Origin: Candidatus Oxydemutatoraceae bacterium
Lineage (GTDB): Bacteria; Pseudomonadota; Gammaproteobacteria; Poriferisulfidales; Oxydemutatoraceae
Assembly (NCBI GenBank): GCA_965219575.1
Contig: OZ244779.1
Span: forward strand, 2,028,769 to 2,092,768
Direction: 5' to 3'
Length of the DNA stretch: 64,000 bases
Numbering within the stretch: the stretch's first letter is position 1; the number at the start of each line of letters is the position of its first letter. Shown here in pieces: positions 9,455 to 20,349 of this stretch. Both the position numbers and the translations under genes were made by a program. The notes beneath the pieces were generated by a model. It was given only the letters and a program-made list of their open reading frames with translations, was not told the origin of the DNA and did not search any database.

Positions 9455-10642
9455 ATGGAAGGATTAAAACATAGAAGACCTCAATTTAAGACCTTAAAAA
9501 ACCGCCTCAGAGAACCTAGGCGATTTATACAATGCCTTTTAGGTCCTAGACAAATAGGAAAAACTACACTCATCCGACAAATCCTAAAAACCTTCTCCTC
9601 TAAAAGTTCCCTTTATTTCAGTGCCGACGACCCCGCCATGCAAAGCCACGAGTGGATTCGTCAAAAATGGCTGGAAGCTAGGCTTTTAGAAAAGCAATAT
9701 AAAAAGGATATCGTGCTCGTCTTTGACGAGATTCAAAAAATCGCTTCGTGGTCGGATGTGGTGAAATCTCTTTGGGACGAGGACACACGAACACGGACGA
9801 AAATCAAAGTTGCCATCTTAGGTTCATCTCCCCTGCTACTACAAAAAGGTCTCACCGAAAGTCTTGCCGGACGCTTTGAGGTTTTAAGGCTGGGGCATTG
9901 GTCTTTTGCCGAAATGAAAAAAGCTTTCGGCTTCGGCATCGACGAATACATCTATTATGGAGCCTACCCGGGTGCTGCCGCCTTGATTGACGACGAAGTA
10001 CGATGGCGAGACTATATCGTCAACGCCTTAGCCGAAACCGTTTTATCGAAAGATATCTTATTGCATCATCAAATCAATAAGCCTGCTTTGTTGAGACAAC
10101 TCTATGCCCTCGCCACCCAATACTCGGGACAAATTCTCTCTTTTCAAAAAATGCTGGGGCAGCTTCACGACGCAGGCAATACCACAACCCTCGCACACTA
10201 CTTGGAGCTACTTTCTATGGCCGGTCTCGTCTCGGGACTTCAAAAATTCTCTTCCAACACATTGAGAAAAAGACTCTCAAGCCCCAAACTTCAAGTCCAA
10301 AATACTGCCCTTATAACAAGCTCGCTGGGAGAAAATTTTAGTAACATAAAAGAAACCACGCACTGGGGACGAATAGTAGAGTCTTGCGTGGGGGCTTACC
10401 TTTGGAACCTATGCTTTGAGGAGGGCGGAGAGCTTTACTATTGGAATGAGCAAGCCAAAGAAGTCGACTTCGTACTGAAGAGAAACAACAAAGTAATTGC
10501 AATAGAAGTGAAAAGCGGACACAAAACCGGGCACCTCAAAAGTTTAGAAACCTTTCGCAAAAAACACACACCCGACGAAACACTCGTCGTAGGTGGAGAG
10601 GGAATCCCGCTTACAGACTTTCTGAACGGGAGAGCATTTTAG
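9455..10642 (+). CDS. AAA+ ATPase (AAA_14) with DUF4143 and a C-terminal PD-(D/E)XK-like domain
   Basis: GPRQIGKTT Walker A, FDEIQ Walker B, ESLAGR, and EVDFV...IAIEVKSG. Confidence 0.9.
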   Translation: MEGLKHRRPQFKTLKNRLREPRRFIQCLLGPRQIGKTTLIRQILKTFSSKSSLYFSADDPAMQSHEWIRQKWLEARLLEKQYKKDIVLVFDEIQKIASWSDVVKSLWDEDTRTRTKIKVAILGSSPLLLQKGLTESLAGRFEVLRLGHWSFAEMKKAFGFGIDEYIYYGAYPGAAALIDDEVRWRDYIVNALAETVLSKDILLHHQINKPALLRQLYALATQYSGQILSFQKMLGQLHDAGNTTTLAHYLELLSMAGLVSGLQKFSSNTLRKRLSSPKLQVQNTALITSSLGENFSNIKETTHWGRIVESCVGAYLWNLCFEEGGELYYWNEQAKEVDFVLKRNNKVIAIEVKSGHKTGHLKSLETFRKKHTPDETLVVGGEGIPLTDFLNGRAF

Positions 10643-10667
10643 CCTTTTCATGGGATGGTCGCAGTGT

Positions 10668-10838
10668 GGGGCTGTTGAAAAAGTGCAGGCATTGCACAAA
10701 TCCAACCGCTGTGCGCCATTAAATTTATGATAACCACCTGTAGGGGCAGTATAAAGCCGCCGATTGAGCCGGTAGGTCAATCGGCAGTTTAATGAAGTCC
10801 GCCCCTACAACTTTATGGAATATTTTTTCAACAGCCCC
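10668..10838. mobile_element. MITE copy
   Basis: Terminal IRs present. Flanks AGTGT and AGCGT may be a decayed TSD. Confidence 0.7.
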
Positions 10839-10904
10839 AGCGTATCTGCACAAGCTAATTCCCTTCCTTTGGAGAGGAATGTGCGCCCGACGCTAATGGC
10901 TGTT

Positions 10905-11879
10905 TTATAACCCTGCCTGTATTAGGTCGTGCATGTTGATGGCACCGACGAGTTCGGTGTCTCGGTCAAAGACCGGCAGTGCATTGACTTTCTTTGCTTG
11001 CATCAGTTGCAGGGCTTCTATCGCCAAGGTGTTCGGTTTGACCGATTGGTAGGGGTGGGTCATGAGTTGGTCTATGGGGGTTTTCAAGAGTTCGGTGTTG
11101 CGGTTTAGTGTGCGCCTTAAATCGCCGTCGGTGAAAACACCGACGACTTGATCCGCCTCACCGATAACGAGCGTCATGCCCATACCTTTAGCCGATATTT
11201 CGTATAAGGCATCCACCAACAGGGTTGACGAAGCCACCTTAGGGACGGCATCACCGGTGCGGACTAGGTCGCCGACTTTGAGCAGTAACTTTCTACCCAA
11301 ATGACCGCCGGGATGTGCGCGGGCAAAATCTTGGGTGGTAAAGCCTTTATTCTGCAATAGTGCTATTGCAAGCGCATCACCCATCGCAAGGGCGGCAACG
11401 GTGCTTGCGGTAGGTGCCAAACCCAACGGACACGCTTCTTGTTCTACGCGAGTATTCAAACAAACATCGACGGCGCGTCCCAATGTAGAGTCCGGCGTGC
11501 CGGTCAAGGCGATCGTTTTGATTGCGATGTGCTTAAACGAGGGTAGCAAATTATTGATCTCTTCGGTCTCCCCCGAATAGGAAATGATGACGGCAACATC
11601 TTGGCTATCGATCATACCCAAGTCGCCGTGACTTGCTTCGGCAGGATGCAGATAAAATGCTTTGCTGCCGGTGCTGGATAAAGTAGAGCTGATTTTGTTT
11701 GCGATATGACCGGATTTGCCGATGCCGATTAAGATAATACGTCCGCGACATTCTATTAGGCAGCGACACGCAGCGACAAACTTTTGGTCGATTTGTGAAC
11801 GAAGTTTTTGTATTGCGCCCGCCTCTATATCCAATACCTCTAAGGCAAGTTGTTTAATTTTGTCCGAGTTGAGTTCCAT
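10905..11879 (-). CDS. kdsD: Arabinose-5-phosphate isomerase (KpsF/GutQ family)
   Basis: SIS domain motifs GKSGHIA, HPAEASHGDLG, EACPLGLAPTAST and HPGG, followed by a CBS pair. Confidence 0.95.
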   Translation of the reverse strand: MELNSDKIKQLALEVLDIEAGAIQKLRSQIDQKFVAACRCLIECRGRIILIGIGKSGHIANKISSTLSSTGSKAFYLHPAEASHGDLGMIDSQDVAVIISYSGETEEINNLLPSFKHIAIKTIALTGTPDSTLGRAVDVCLNTRVEQEACPLGLAPTASTVAALAMGDALAIALLQNKGFTTQDFARAHPGGHLGRKLLLKVGDLVRTGDAVPKVASSTLLVDALYEISAKGMGMTLVIGEADQVVGVFTDGDLRRTLNRNTELLKTPIDQLMTHPYQSVKPNTLAIEALQLMQAKKVNALPVFDRDTELVGAINMHDLIQAGL

Positions 11880-12020
11880 TCGATTAGCCTATCTTGTCGC
11901 TGGATTTTATCATAATGAGGCAGATGTAGGTTTTTGAAAGAATACTGTTTGCAAGGATAATGTGTTTACCCACCAAATTTATTTTAACTACCGTAGGGGA
12001 ATGTGCTTGTGCAAATACGC

Positions 12021-12367
12021 GGGGACTGTTGAAAAAGTATCCACGAACCGTAGGGGCGGACTGGCATGTCCGCCCGTAGCGCGTTGGTCGCCACGATTTA
12101 TACATTCATCCACCCGATTTATGGAAACCAAAACCATACGGCGCAAGCGGTTCCAGCCGTGCAGGACGGTACTTTAGGGCAGACATCACAGTTGCCGATT
12201 GACCTACCGGCTCAATCGGCGGCTTTATACTGCCCCTACGGCTTGGTGGTTATTATAAATTCACGGCGCAAGCGGTTACGGTTGCACGCTGACGATACTT
12301 TTTCAACAGCCTCACGCCGCGACCACCCCGTCAGGCTGCGCCTGCCACCCCTCCAAAGGAGGGGAAT
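12021..12367. repeat. MITE copy (ACGC flanks) plus adjacent CCCCTCC/GGAGGGG repeat
   Basis: GGGACTGTTGAAAAA...TTTTTCAACAGCCTC, with ACGC on both sides. Confidence 0.7.
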
Positions 12368-13380
12368 TATTCTAGTACCGCACTCACTTCTTGTTGGTAG
12401 AGCAAACCGATATAGGCGGAGAAAAAGAGCAATATCAAAACGCCTTTGACGCGATACAAACAATAACGTTGCGGGATTAAAAACAGTATCAGCAATAATA
12501 AGGTGATCATCGCATTAACAAAAAAATCTCTATACAGAACTTCATTTCTCATCTGTGCATCGCCGACCATCGCAATCGCACCGATAACGCCCAAACCGTT
12601 GAACAAATTAGAACCTAAGATATTACCGACTGCGATATCCTCGCGTTTTTTCCATGCACTCACCAACGATGTGACGATCTCGGGCAGACTGGTGCCCAAT
12701 GCGGTCATTGTCAAACCAACCAATAATTCGCTAACCCCGAAGTGATTGGCGATGCCGATTGCCGACCATACAATTAATTCCGCTGCGCCGACCAATACTG
12801 CGGTACCTATGAGTATATGTAGCCATCCTTCCCGATGACGGCTTTGCCCGTCGTCTTCGTATTCGTCGGCGGTGCGTATCATCCAATACATCAATGCAAC
12901 CAAAACCAACAACAAGAGCAATCCGTCTACGAAATCAAGCTCAAAGTTCGCTTGCACTTGTGTCGTTTGTCCCAGCGTGCCGAACAATGCAAGGACATCT
13001 TTGAAGTCAAGTTGCCAATCCATTGCCAACAACCATACCGCCAAGATGGCGATGCCCAGCATGCTAAACTTCTTAAGAAAGATATGCCGTTTGATGTGGA
13101 TCGGTATGACCAACGCCGCCAATCCCAACCCCAAACCTATGTTGGCGATATTGGAACCGATCGCATTGCCCAGCGCAACTTCGGTCGCGCCGCGCAGTGC
13201 TGCCAGCATAGAGACAAAAAACTCGGGTGCCGATGTGCCCAAGCCGACGATAACCATGCCGATAATCAACTGCGATATTCTATAGCGTTGGGCGATACCT
13301 ACGGCACCTTTGACTAGAAGGTTTGCCGACCAAATGATTAAAGCCAAGCCGGCAAAAAAAGCAATTAATTGGATTAGCAT
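12367..13380 (-). CDS. Calcium/sodium antiporter (YrbG family)
   Basis: GTSAPE and GTSLPE motifs with GSNIAN and GSNLFN alpha repeats. Adjacent to kdsD as in the conserved yrbG-kdsD cluster. Confidence 0.92.
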   Translation of the reverse strand: MLIQLIAFFAGLALIIWSANLLVKGAVGIAQRYRISQLIIGMVIVGLGTSAPEFFVSMLAALRGATEVALGNAIGSNIANIGLGLGLAALVIPIHIKRHIFLKKFSMLGIAILAVWLLAMDWQLDFKDVLALFGTLGQTTQVQANFELDFVDGLLLLLVLVALMYWMIRTADEYEDDGQSRHREGWLHILIGTAVLVGAAELIVWSAIGIANHFGVSELLVGLTMTALGTSLPEIVTSLVSAWKKREDIAVGNILGSNLFNGLGVIGAIAMVGDAQMRNEVLYRDFFVNAMITLLLLILFLIPQRYCLYRVKGVLILLFFSAYIGLLYQQEVSAVLE

Positions 13381-13439
13381 ATTATGAATTCTAAAATAGT
13401 GCCCTGTTTGTTAAAAGTATATGTGTTAATATATTGTAC

Positions 13440-14882
13440 ATGGAACAAGCACTCGATATTGCAAAAAGCGACCTGCTCGCACCCGCCGAAATAGACGAAC
13501 ATCATTTGCAAAAAGTGCTATCCTCTCTGATGGTTCCGGGCGTAGACGACGCGGAACTTTATTTCCAACATAGCCGCCGAGAAGCATGGTCTTTAGAGGA
13601 CGGCATTGTCAAAGAAGCGGACTTTAGTCTGGATAGAGGGGTCGGCGTTCGGGCGGTCAGCGGCGAGAAAACCGGTTTTGCTTATGCCAACGAAATCGTC
13701 ATGCCGGCATTGACTACGGCAAGCGAAACGGTACGATATATCGCTCGCTCCGGAAACACTCATGCACTCCAGAATTGGCAATCCCATAACATGCAAAGGC
13801 TCTATGACTTTGACGACCCGTTGGCGGGCATGGCGGCACAAGACAAAACCGATTTGCTCTATGCCGTAGATGCACAAGCAAGGCAATCGGATCCTCGCAT
13901 CAAGCAAGTGATGGCATCCTTATTAGCCAGCTACGATGTGGTTTTAGTCGTCTCTTCCGACGGTACTTTTGCAGCCGATATACGACCTTTGGTGAGACTC
14001 AATGTCGCGGTCGTGGTTGCCGACAAAGAGAGGAGAGAATCGGGCTATGCCGGTGCCGGCGGACGTTTTAGCTACCAAGAGTTATTGCAAAAGCATACAT
14101 CCAAAAGCGTGGTTGACGAAGCGGTCAGGCTCGCACTACTCAACCTAGAGGCGGTGCCGGCACCGGTCGGCGAGATGGTCGTCGTTTTAGGGCCGGGTTG
14201 GCCGGGCGTTTTGTTGCACGAAGCCATCGGGCATGGGCTAGAAGGTGATTTTTGCCGCAAACGCACCTCGGCGTTTTCAGACCGCATCGGCGAGCGCGTC
14301 GCAGCTTCGGAAGTGACGGTTGTCGACGACGGCACGCTTAACGGACGACGCGGTTCGCTCAACATAGACGACGAAGGCACTGCCACGCAATGCACCACAT
14401 TAATAGAAAAAGGCATACTCAAAAATTATATGCAGGATAAAACCAATGCCCGCCTAATGAATGTTCAACCCACCGGCAACGGACGCCGGCAATCGTATGC
14501 CCATCTGCCGATGCCGCGTATGACCAATACTTATATGCTCAACGGGCAACACAGCCCCGACGAGATCATCCGCTCGGTGGATAAAGGCATCTACGCAGTT
14601 AACTTCGGCGGCGGGCAAGTTGATATCACCTCCGGCAAATTCGTTTTTTCGGCAAGCGAAGCCTACCGCATAGAAAACGGTTCCGTGGGTGCGCCGGTCA
14701 AAGGGGTATCGCTGATAGGACACGGTCCCGACATCCTCACTAAGGTCTCAATGGTCGGCGACGATATGAAACTGGACAACGGCATCGGTTCTTGCGGCAA
14801 GCACGGCCAGCTGGTGCCGGTCGGCGTAGGTCAACCGACGCTACGCGTAGACGGGATGACGGTGGGAGGAACCGATATTTGA
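13440..14882 (+). CDS. tldD: Metalloprotease TldD
   Basis: GVLLHEAIGHGLEGDF, PMPRMTNTYM and VPVGVGQPT motifs. ATG at 13440. Confidence 0.96.
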   Translation: MEQALDIAKSDLLAPAEIDEHHLQKVLSSLMVPGVDDAELYFQHSRREAWSLEDGIVKEADFSLDRGVGVRAVSGEKTGFAYANEIVMPALTTASETVRYIARSGNTHALQNWQSHNMQRLYDFDDPLAGMAAQDKTDLLYAVDAQARQSDPRIKQVMASLLASYDVVLVVSSDGTFAADIRPLVRLNVAVVVADKERRESGYAGAGGRFSYQELLQKHTSKSVVDEAVRLALLNLEAVPAPVGEMVVVLGPGWPGVLLHEAIGHGLEGDFCRKRTSAFSDRIGERVAASEVTVVDDGTLNGRRGSLNIDDEGTATQCTTLIEKGILKNYMQDKTNARLMNVQPTGNGRRQSYAHLPMPRMTNTYMLNGQHSPDEIIRSVDKGIYAVNFGGGQVDITSGKFVFSASEAYRIENGSVGAPVKGVSLIGHGPDILTKVSMVGDDMKLDNGIGSCGKHGQLVPVGVGQPTLRVDGMTVGGTDI

Positions 14883-16228
14883 AACCCGAACATTCCGATT
14901 TGGTAACGGCAAAAACGCCGCAACAGCTAAAAGAAATAGTCGCCGAAATTCTGGAAAAAGCACAGGGATGCGGTGTGAGCGCAGCCGAAGTGTCGGCGTC
15001 GGTAAGTCAAAACCTGTCGGTCTCGGTGCGCATGGGAGACATAGACATATTAGAGCGCGGTAGCGATCAGGGCATGGACCTGACCGTTTATTTAGGAAAA
15101 CGCAGCGGAAGTTCGGCTGCAACCGGTTTGACGCATGCGGATATCGCAAAGCTCGTAGAGGAAGCCGTGAACATCGCAAAATATACCGGCGAAGATGACT
15201 ATGCGGGTCTCGCCGATGCCGACGACATGGCAACCGAAATACCCGATTTACAGCTTCATCATCCGTGGACGATCGATACTGCGAGTGCGATTGAACTGGC
15301 AACCGAATGCGAGGATGCAGCACGTGCCGAACCGTTGATAGTTAATTCCGAAGGCGCGCAACTATCCACGGTTCAAGGCACCTATTGCTACGGCAACACG
15401 CACGGTTTTAATGCCGCCTACCGAGGCACACGGCATAGTATCTTGTGTTCGGTGGTTGCCGGGAAAAACGGTGCGATGCAACGCGACATGTGGTTTGATA
15501 GCAATCGCAATGCCGAAACACTGCAATCGGCGAAGACCATAGGTCGGCGCGCCGCAGAACGCGCCGTGCAAAGATTAGGGGCAAGCAAAGTACAAAGCTG
15601 CAAGATTCCGGTTTTATTTGTTCCGGAAACGGCAGCCTCGTTGATCGGACATTTCACCGCCGCAATCAGCGGTAGCGCGTTATATAAGGGAACCTCGTTC
15701 TTGCCGGACTCCCTGAATAAAGCGATATTTCCCGCTTTCATGCAACTGTCCGAACAACCTCGCCTGCCGTGCGGTTTATATAGCGCGCCGTTCGACGGCG
15801 AGGGCGTTGCCACACGCGATCAAATTATCGTCGCCGACGGTGTGGTACAGAACTATATACTCAACAGCTATGCTGCGCGTCGCTTGTCTATGAAAACAAC
15901 CGCAAACGACGGTGGTTTGCGGAATGTGATTTTATCCGGCGAACAGAAAAGTTTTGACGAACTACTCAAAGACATGGACAAGGGATTAGTCGTCACAGAA
16001 CTTATCGGCATGGGGGTTAACCCAGTAACCGGCGATTACTCGCGAGGGGCTTCGGGCTTCTGGGTGGAGAACGGAAAGATAGACCATCCGGTCGAGGAAA
16101 TCACCATCGCCGGCAACTTGAGTGCAATGTATTCGAACATCGTAGCACTCGGCAACGATATAGACCAACGCTACAATATCCGCTGCGGTTCTATACTGAT
16201 AGGAGAAATGGCTATCTCAGGGATGTAG
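14879..16228 (+). CDS. pmbA: Metalloprotease partner PmbA (TldE)
   Basis: FDGEG, GVNPVTGDYSRGASGFWVENG and EITIAGNL motifs. The probable TTG start overlaps the tldD stop; the exact start is uncertain. Confidence 0.93.
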   Translation: MKPEHSDLVTAKTPQQLKEIVAEILEKAQGCGVSAAEVSASVSQNLSVSVRMGDIDILERGSDQGMDLTVYLGKRSGSSAATGLTHADIAKLVEEAVNIAKYTGEDDYAGLADADDMATEIPDLQLHHPWTIDTASAIELATECEDAARAEPLIVNSEGAQLSTVQGTYCYGNTHGFNAAYRGTRHSILCSVVAGKNGAMQRDMWFDSNRNAETLQSAKTIGRRAAERAVQRLGASKVQSCKIPVLFVPETAASLIGHFTAAISGSALYKGTSFLPDSLNKAIFPAFMQLSEQPRLPCGLYSAPFDGEGVATRDQIIVADGVVQNYILNSYAARRLSMKTTANDGGLRNVILSGEQKSFDELLKDMDKGLVVTELIGMGVNPVTGDYSRGASGFWVENGKIDHPVEEITIAGNLSAMYSNIVALGNDIDQRYNIRCGSILIGEMAISGM

Positions 16229-16240
16229 ATCTGCCAACTA

Positions 16241-16610
16241 TTCCCCTCCTTTGGAGGGGTGGCAGGCGCAGCCTGACGGGGTGGTTGTATCGTGGGGCTG
16301 TTGAAAAAGTATCCACGAACCGTAGGACGGTACATTCCCCTCCTTCGGAGGGGTGGCAGGCGCAGCCTGACGGGGTGGTCGCCGGGGTCTTGCACAATGT
16401 CACGCCGATTGACCTACTGGCTCAATCGGCGGCTTTATACTGCCCCCACCACTCTATGAAATACTTTTTCAACAGTCCCATCGTATCTGCAAGATTTATA
16501 CATTACATCCAACCAATTTATGGAAACCATTATTTGTTGGCGCAAGCGGTTGGATTTTTGCGCTACCAATACTTTTTCAACAGCCCCACATTACTACTTT
16601 GTGCTTACAG
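16241..16610. repeat. Cluster of REP/MITE-like repeats
   Basis: Two CCCCTCC..GGAGGGG units, MITE IRs and a GCCGATTGA..TCAATCGGC hairpin. Confidence 0.7.
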
Positions 16611-16741
16611 TACGACCATAACTTATTGAAAATCATATGCAGTTTCATTAAACTATCAGACACAAACAACAACGGTACCACCGCATAAAGGGTGTGCCGG
16701 AGCTAACGTATCAAAATACTCAACTATAAGGTTTGTAAAAC

Positions 16742-18621
16742 ATGAAAATACCCTCGATGACAACATTCGCAACCGTAATGTTAGATGTTTATGTGGCTCA
16801 CTATCACAAAGATTTCATAGCGGATGGATTAGAAGACACAACGGATACTGCATTTTACGACAAAGTAATTGAACTACATCCTAAGTTGGTTGCTGCTTAC
16901 TATTGCAGGGCCCTAGTCAGGGGTAAATTAAGAGATGATGCCGGCGCACTTGCAGATTTTGACCATGTAATTAAGTTAGATAAGAAGAATCAAGATGTTT
17001 ATCATATGAGAGCTTTCACCAAGAATAAATTAGGAAATTTTCAAGGAGCGATTGTGGACTTAAATAGATTCCTTAAAAAGAACCCTCAGAATAGTTCCGC
17101 CTACAATATCCGAGGTTTTTCTAAATTTAAATTAAGAGACTACAAAGGGGCAGCCAAGGACTTCGACAAAATGATCGAACTAGAACCGAATTATGCTACC
17201 GGCTATGATTTTAGAGGCCTTAATAAAGTTAGGTACTTGACTAGTTTAGGGAGTACGATTTGATAAAATAACTAGTAATGACAACACCTAACAGACATTT
17301 TAGAAGGGCACATATTTCAAACAGGAAAATAAGGCAAATTGTGAGGTATTTTGCCCTTGATCTGAGTGCAACCCAAATCGCACAAGCAGCCGGGGTCAAT
17401 AGAAATACCGCGAATAGATATGTCAATATAATCCGAGAAAGAATTGCACAACACTGCGAGCAGACGAGCCTATTCTCTGGCGAGGTAGAGTTCGATGAGT
17501 CCTACTTCGGTGGTCGCAAAAAGGGAGACAAAAGAGGTAGAGGTGCACCGAACAAAGTACCGGTATTCGGCATATTAAAAAGAGATGGGAAGGTCTATAC
17601 GCAGGTGATACGCAATGCTTCAAAGAGCGAGATACGACCTATTATCAAGCGTTTAGTGGGACACAGGAGTACTATATACACAGATAAATGGAGAGCTTAT
17701 GACGGGTTGGTGTTGAATGGATACAAACACTACCGCATCAATCATTCAAAGACACTGGGCAGTGGTACTAGACATATCAATGGCATTGAAAACTTCTGGG
17801 AATGGGCCAAAAGGAGATTAACAAAGTTCTGCGGCGTGTCGAGAAAACATTTCCACCTTCATCTAAAAGAATGCGAGTGGCGATTCAATCACAGACACCT
17901 TTCAGCCTCCCAAAAGTATGAGATGCTAATGAAGATGGTAAGGGATATTTGAGTGGGACTTTGTCCCTAAACTAGTCAAGTACCTAAAGTTATATTGGGA
18001 GACTATGAGGCCGCAATCGCAAACTTTAGCAAAGCAACCGAACTAGACCCGAAGCATACTACTGCCTTCTATAATAGAGGTATAGTTAAAGACGGATTAG
18101 AAGACCATAAGGGAGCCATTGCGGACTTTGACAAAGCCATCAAACTAAGCCCGGAGTATGCTAACGTTTATAGCAGTAGAGGCATTGTTAAAGAAAATTT
18201 GGGGGACGTTGAGGATGCTATTGCAGACTTTAACAGAGTAATTGAACTAAATCCCGAAGATGTCGATGCTTACCATAACAGAGGCTTTGCTAAAAAGGTA
18301 TTAAAAGGCTACGAGGAAGCTATTGCAGACTTCAACAAAGCAATTGAACTAAACCCTGAATCTGCTTATGCATACGGCAAAAGAGGTACTGTTAAGGAGA
18401 AATTGGCGGACTTTGGGGGGGCGATTGCAGACTTCAACAAAGTGATTGAACTGAACCCGGAATATACAGAGGCTTATCATAACCGAGGCTTTGCTAATGA
18501 AAACTTAAAGAACTATAAAGCGGCTGTTGCCGACTACGACGAAGCCATTAAACTAGAACCATCTAATGAGATTTTTAGACAGGCAAGGCAGGAGGCGCAA
18601 CAAAAACTCGATAATTCCTAA
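16742..18621 (+). pseudogene. Tetratricopeptide-repeat protein interrupted by IS1595
   Basis: TPR repeats (AYxNRG...AIADFxKAIELNP) on both sides. Removing the IS and one TAAAGTTA copy restores the frame ...GLNKVILGDYEAAI... Confidence 0.9.
17232..17984 (+). mobile_element. IS1595-family insertion sequence (transposase 17278-17952)
   Basis: 21-bp IRs GGTACTTGACTAGTTTAGGGA, 8-bp TSD TAAAGTTA (17224-17231 and 17985-17992), and ISXO2-type motifs DESYFGG, YTD and INGIENFW. Confidence 0.95.
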
Positions 18622-18944
18622 TCCGTAGGGGCTAACCATTCCCTTCCCCTATATATATCCGATTTTTGCATAACTCCAACCGCTTGCGCCACTTAATTTA
18701 CGATAACCCCCTGACGGACAATTCTCCTCCTTCGGAGAGGTGGCCTACGCATTTTGCAATGTATGCGTTTAGCAATCATGTTGAAGTTCTGAACAAAGTC
18801 ACGCCGATTGACCTACTGGTTCAATCGGCAGTTCTATTCAGCCTGACGGGATGGTCGCAGAAGTGGGGCTGTTGAAAAAGTACCGTTGCGCACGAATTCA
18901 ATCGCTTTGCGCCACATAGTTATGATAACCACAAAGTCGCAGTG

Positions 18945-19910
18945 TTATCCGAGCTGTTTAATCTCCTCAGCGGATAAACCCGTCACTTCGGAAATCAACG
19001 AAACCTCCAGACCCTTTTGCAACATATTCAAGGCGATATTTCGGGCTTTTTCAACCTCACCTTTTTCAATACCTTGTTCAATGCCCCTTTCAATGCCTTG
19101 TTCAATACCTTCCTCTATCAGCCCTTCCCTTTCCAAGTTGTATTCCAGCTTGTATCTATCGTGGGCTATAGAATCCCACAGCTCTATCTCCTCTTCCGAT
19201 ACCTTCTCTAAATGCTCTAATGCCATCTTTATCTCTCCGTCTTGTGATAAATGCGCTACCTGCTCGGGTGTCAAGTCCTTTGAATGTTTCATAATATAGC
19301 ACCACCTATCGGCCATATCAACTAGTTCTAAATGGTGCTTATTAAATTTGTTTAGTTCCACTATCATTATCGTTAAATCCATCTTGAGTTTCTTATTCAG
19401 ACGCTTAATCGATTTGATTTCTAGCTGATCTATATGTTCGTCCGTGTCGCCAAATACCGTGAAATCGGTGAATGCCAGCAAGTAGGTCGGACTAATCTTG
19501 CTATACTTTTGTCCACGATTTACGACATGGGTATGCAACTGTGCCCAATAGAGCAACATTCTCCCCAGAAAGTGTTTCTCACGATAGACCTGCATTTCTA
19601 TGCTAACACTCTCGCCACTATTCAATTTGACATTGAGGTCTAGTACGACTTGCTTGCCGTCCGGCGTGTTCGGTGAGATGACACTATCTTCCAGATGCAA
19701 CTTATCGTCCGATTGACTCTGTGGTTGCTTTGCAGACTCGGACTCTGTGTTGTCTTTGTTGGGGTTCAGTATCACCATATCCGAGGCACTATCGGAGATC
19801 GGCAGGAAGCTCTTGATCAGCGAGAGCAGTACCTGTTTATTAGTTGAGAAGCATCGTTTGAATACTCGGTCTTTGGTCAGTGGCAAATATTTTCTCTGTT
19901 CTTTGTTCAT
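18945..19910 (-). CDS. Rpn family recombination-promoting nuclease / PD-(D/E)XK putative transposase
   Basis: DRVFK, LDL..IEMQ, GIEQG repeats and an ISEVTGLS tail. Confidence 0.9.
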   Translation of the reverse strand: MNKEQRKYLPLTKDRVFKRCFSTNKQVLLSLIKSFLPISDSASDMVILNPNKDNTESESAKQPQSQSDDKLHLEDSVISPNTPDGKQVVLDLNVKLNSGESVSIEMQVYREKHFLGRMLLYWAQLHTHVVNRGQKYSKISPTYLLAFTDFTVFGDTDEHIDQLEIKSIKRLNKKLKMDLTIMIVELNKFNKHHLELVDMADRWCYIMKHSKDLTPEQVAHLSQDGEIKMALEHLEKVSEEEIELWDSIAHDRYKLEYNLEREGLIEEGIEQGIERGIEQGIEKGEVEKARNIALNMLQKGLEVSLISEVTGLSAEEIKQLG

Positions 19911-20030
19911 GAAACCTCCTATGAGTTTTGGTTAAAACTCATAGGGTGAGCGAATATTTAGGGTGTGGGGAAACATTTCGATGAACGGTAGCAGATATTA
20001 GATAAACGGTAAGATGTCGTGCAGATACAC

Positions 20031-20331
20031 GAGGCTATTGAAAAAGTGCCGTGCTGTATGAACTCAACCGCTTGCGCCGGATGGTTTTGGTTTTATGAAT
20101 TAGATGACGTACGATTTTATTATGCAAACACGACGCGTGTTCGGGCGGATATCATAATGGCCGATTTACCTACCGGCTCAATCGGCGGTGTTATTGCGCC
20201 TGCCACCCCTCTACAGGAGGGGAATGATCCGCTCCTACACATGTCGGTTACATTGCAGTTCTATTTTTCAACAGCCCCCCTTAGCGACCACCCCGTCAGG
20301 CTGCGCCTGCCACCCCTCCACAGGAGGGGAA
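20031..20331. repeat. MITE copy and CCCCTCC/GGAGGGG repeat
   Basis: GAGGCTATTGAAAAA to TTTTTCAACAGCCCC (20278), followed by an ACCACCCCGTCAGGCTG unit. Confidence 0.7.
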
Positions 20332-20349
20332 TAAAAAGATTGGCCTTGA

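Noticed and set aside
13440-16228. TldD/PmbA as maturation protease for the Gly-rich peptide
   Set aside because: This is a ubiquitous housekeeping pair 10 kb away in a different operon, and no YcaO or other RiPP enzymes are present.
18861-20282. TSD around Rpn cassette copy 1
   Set aside because: The flanks AAGT and CCTT do not match, so mobility as a unit is supported only for copy 2.
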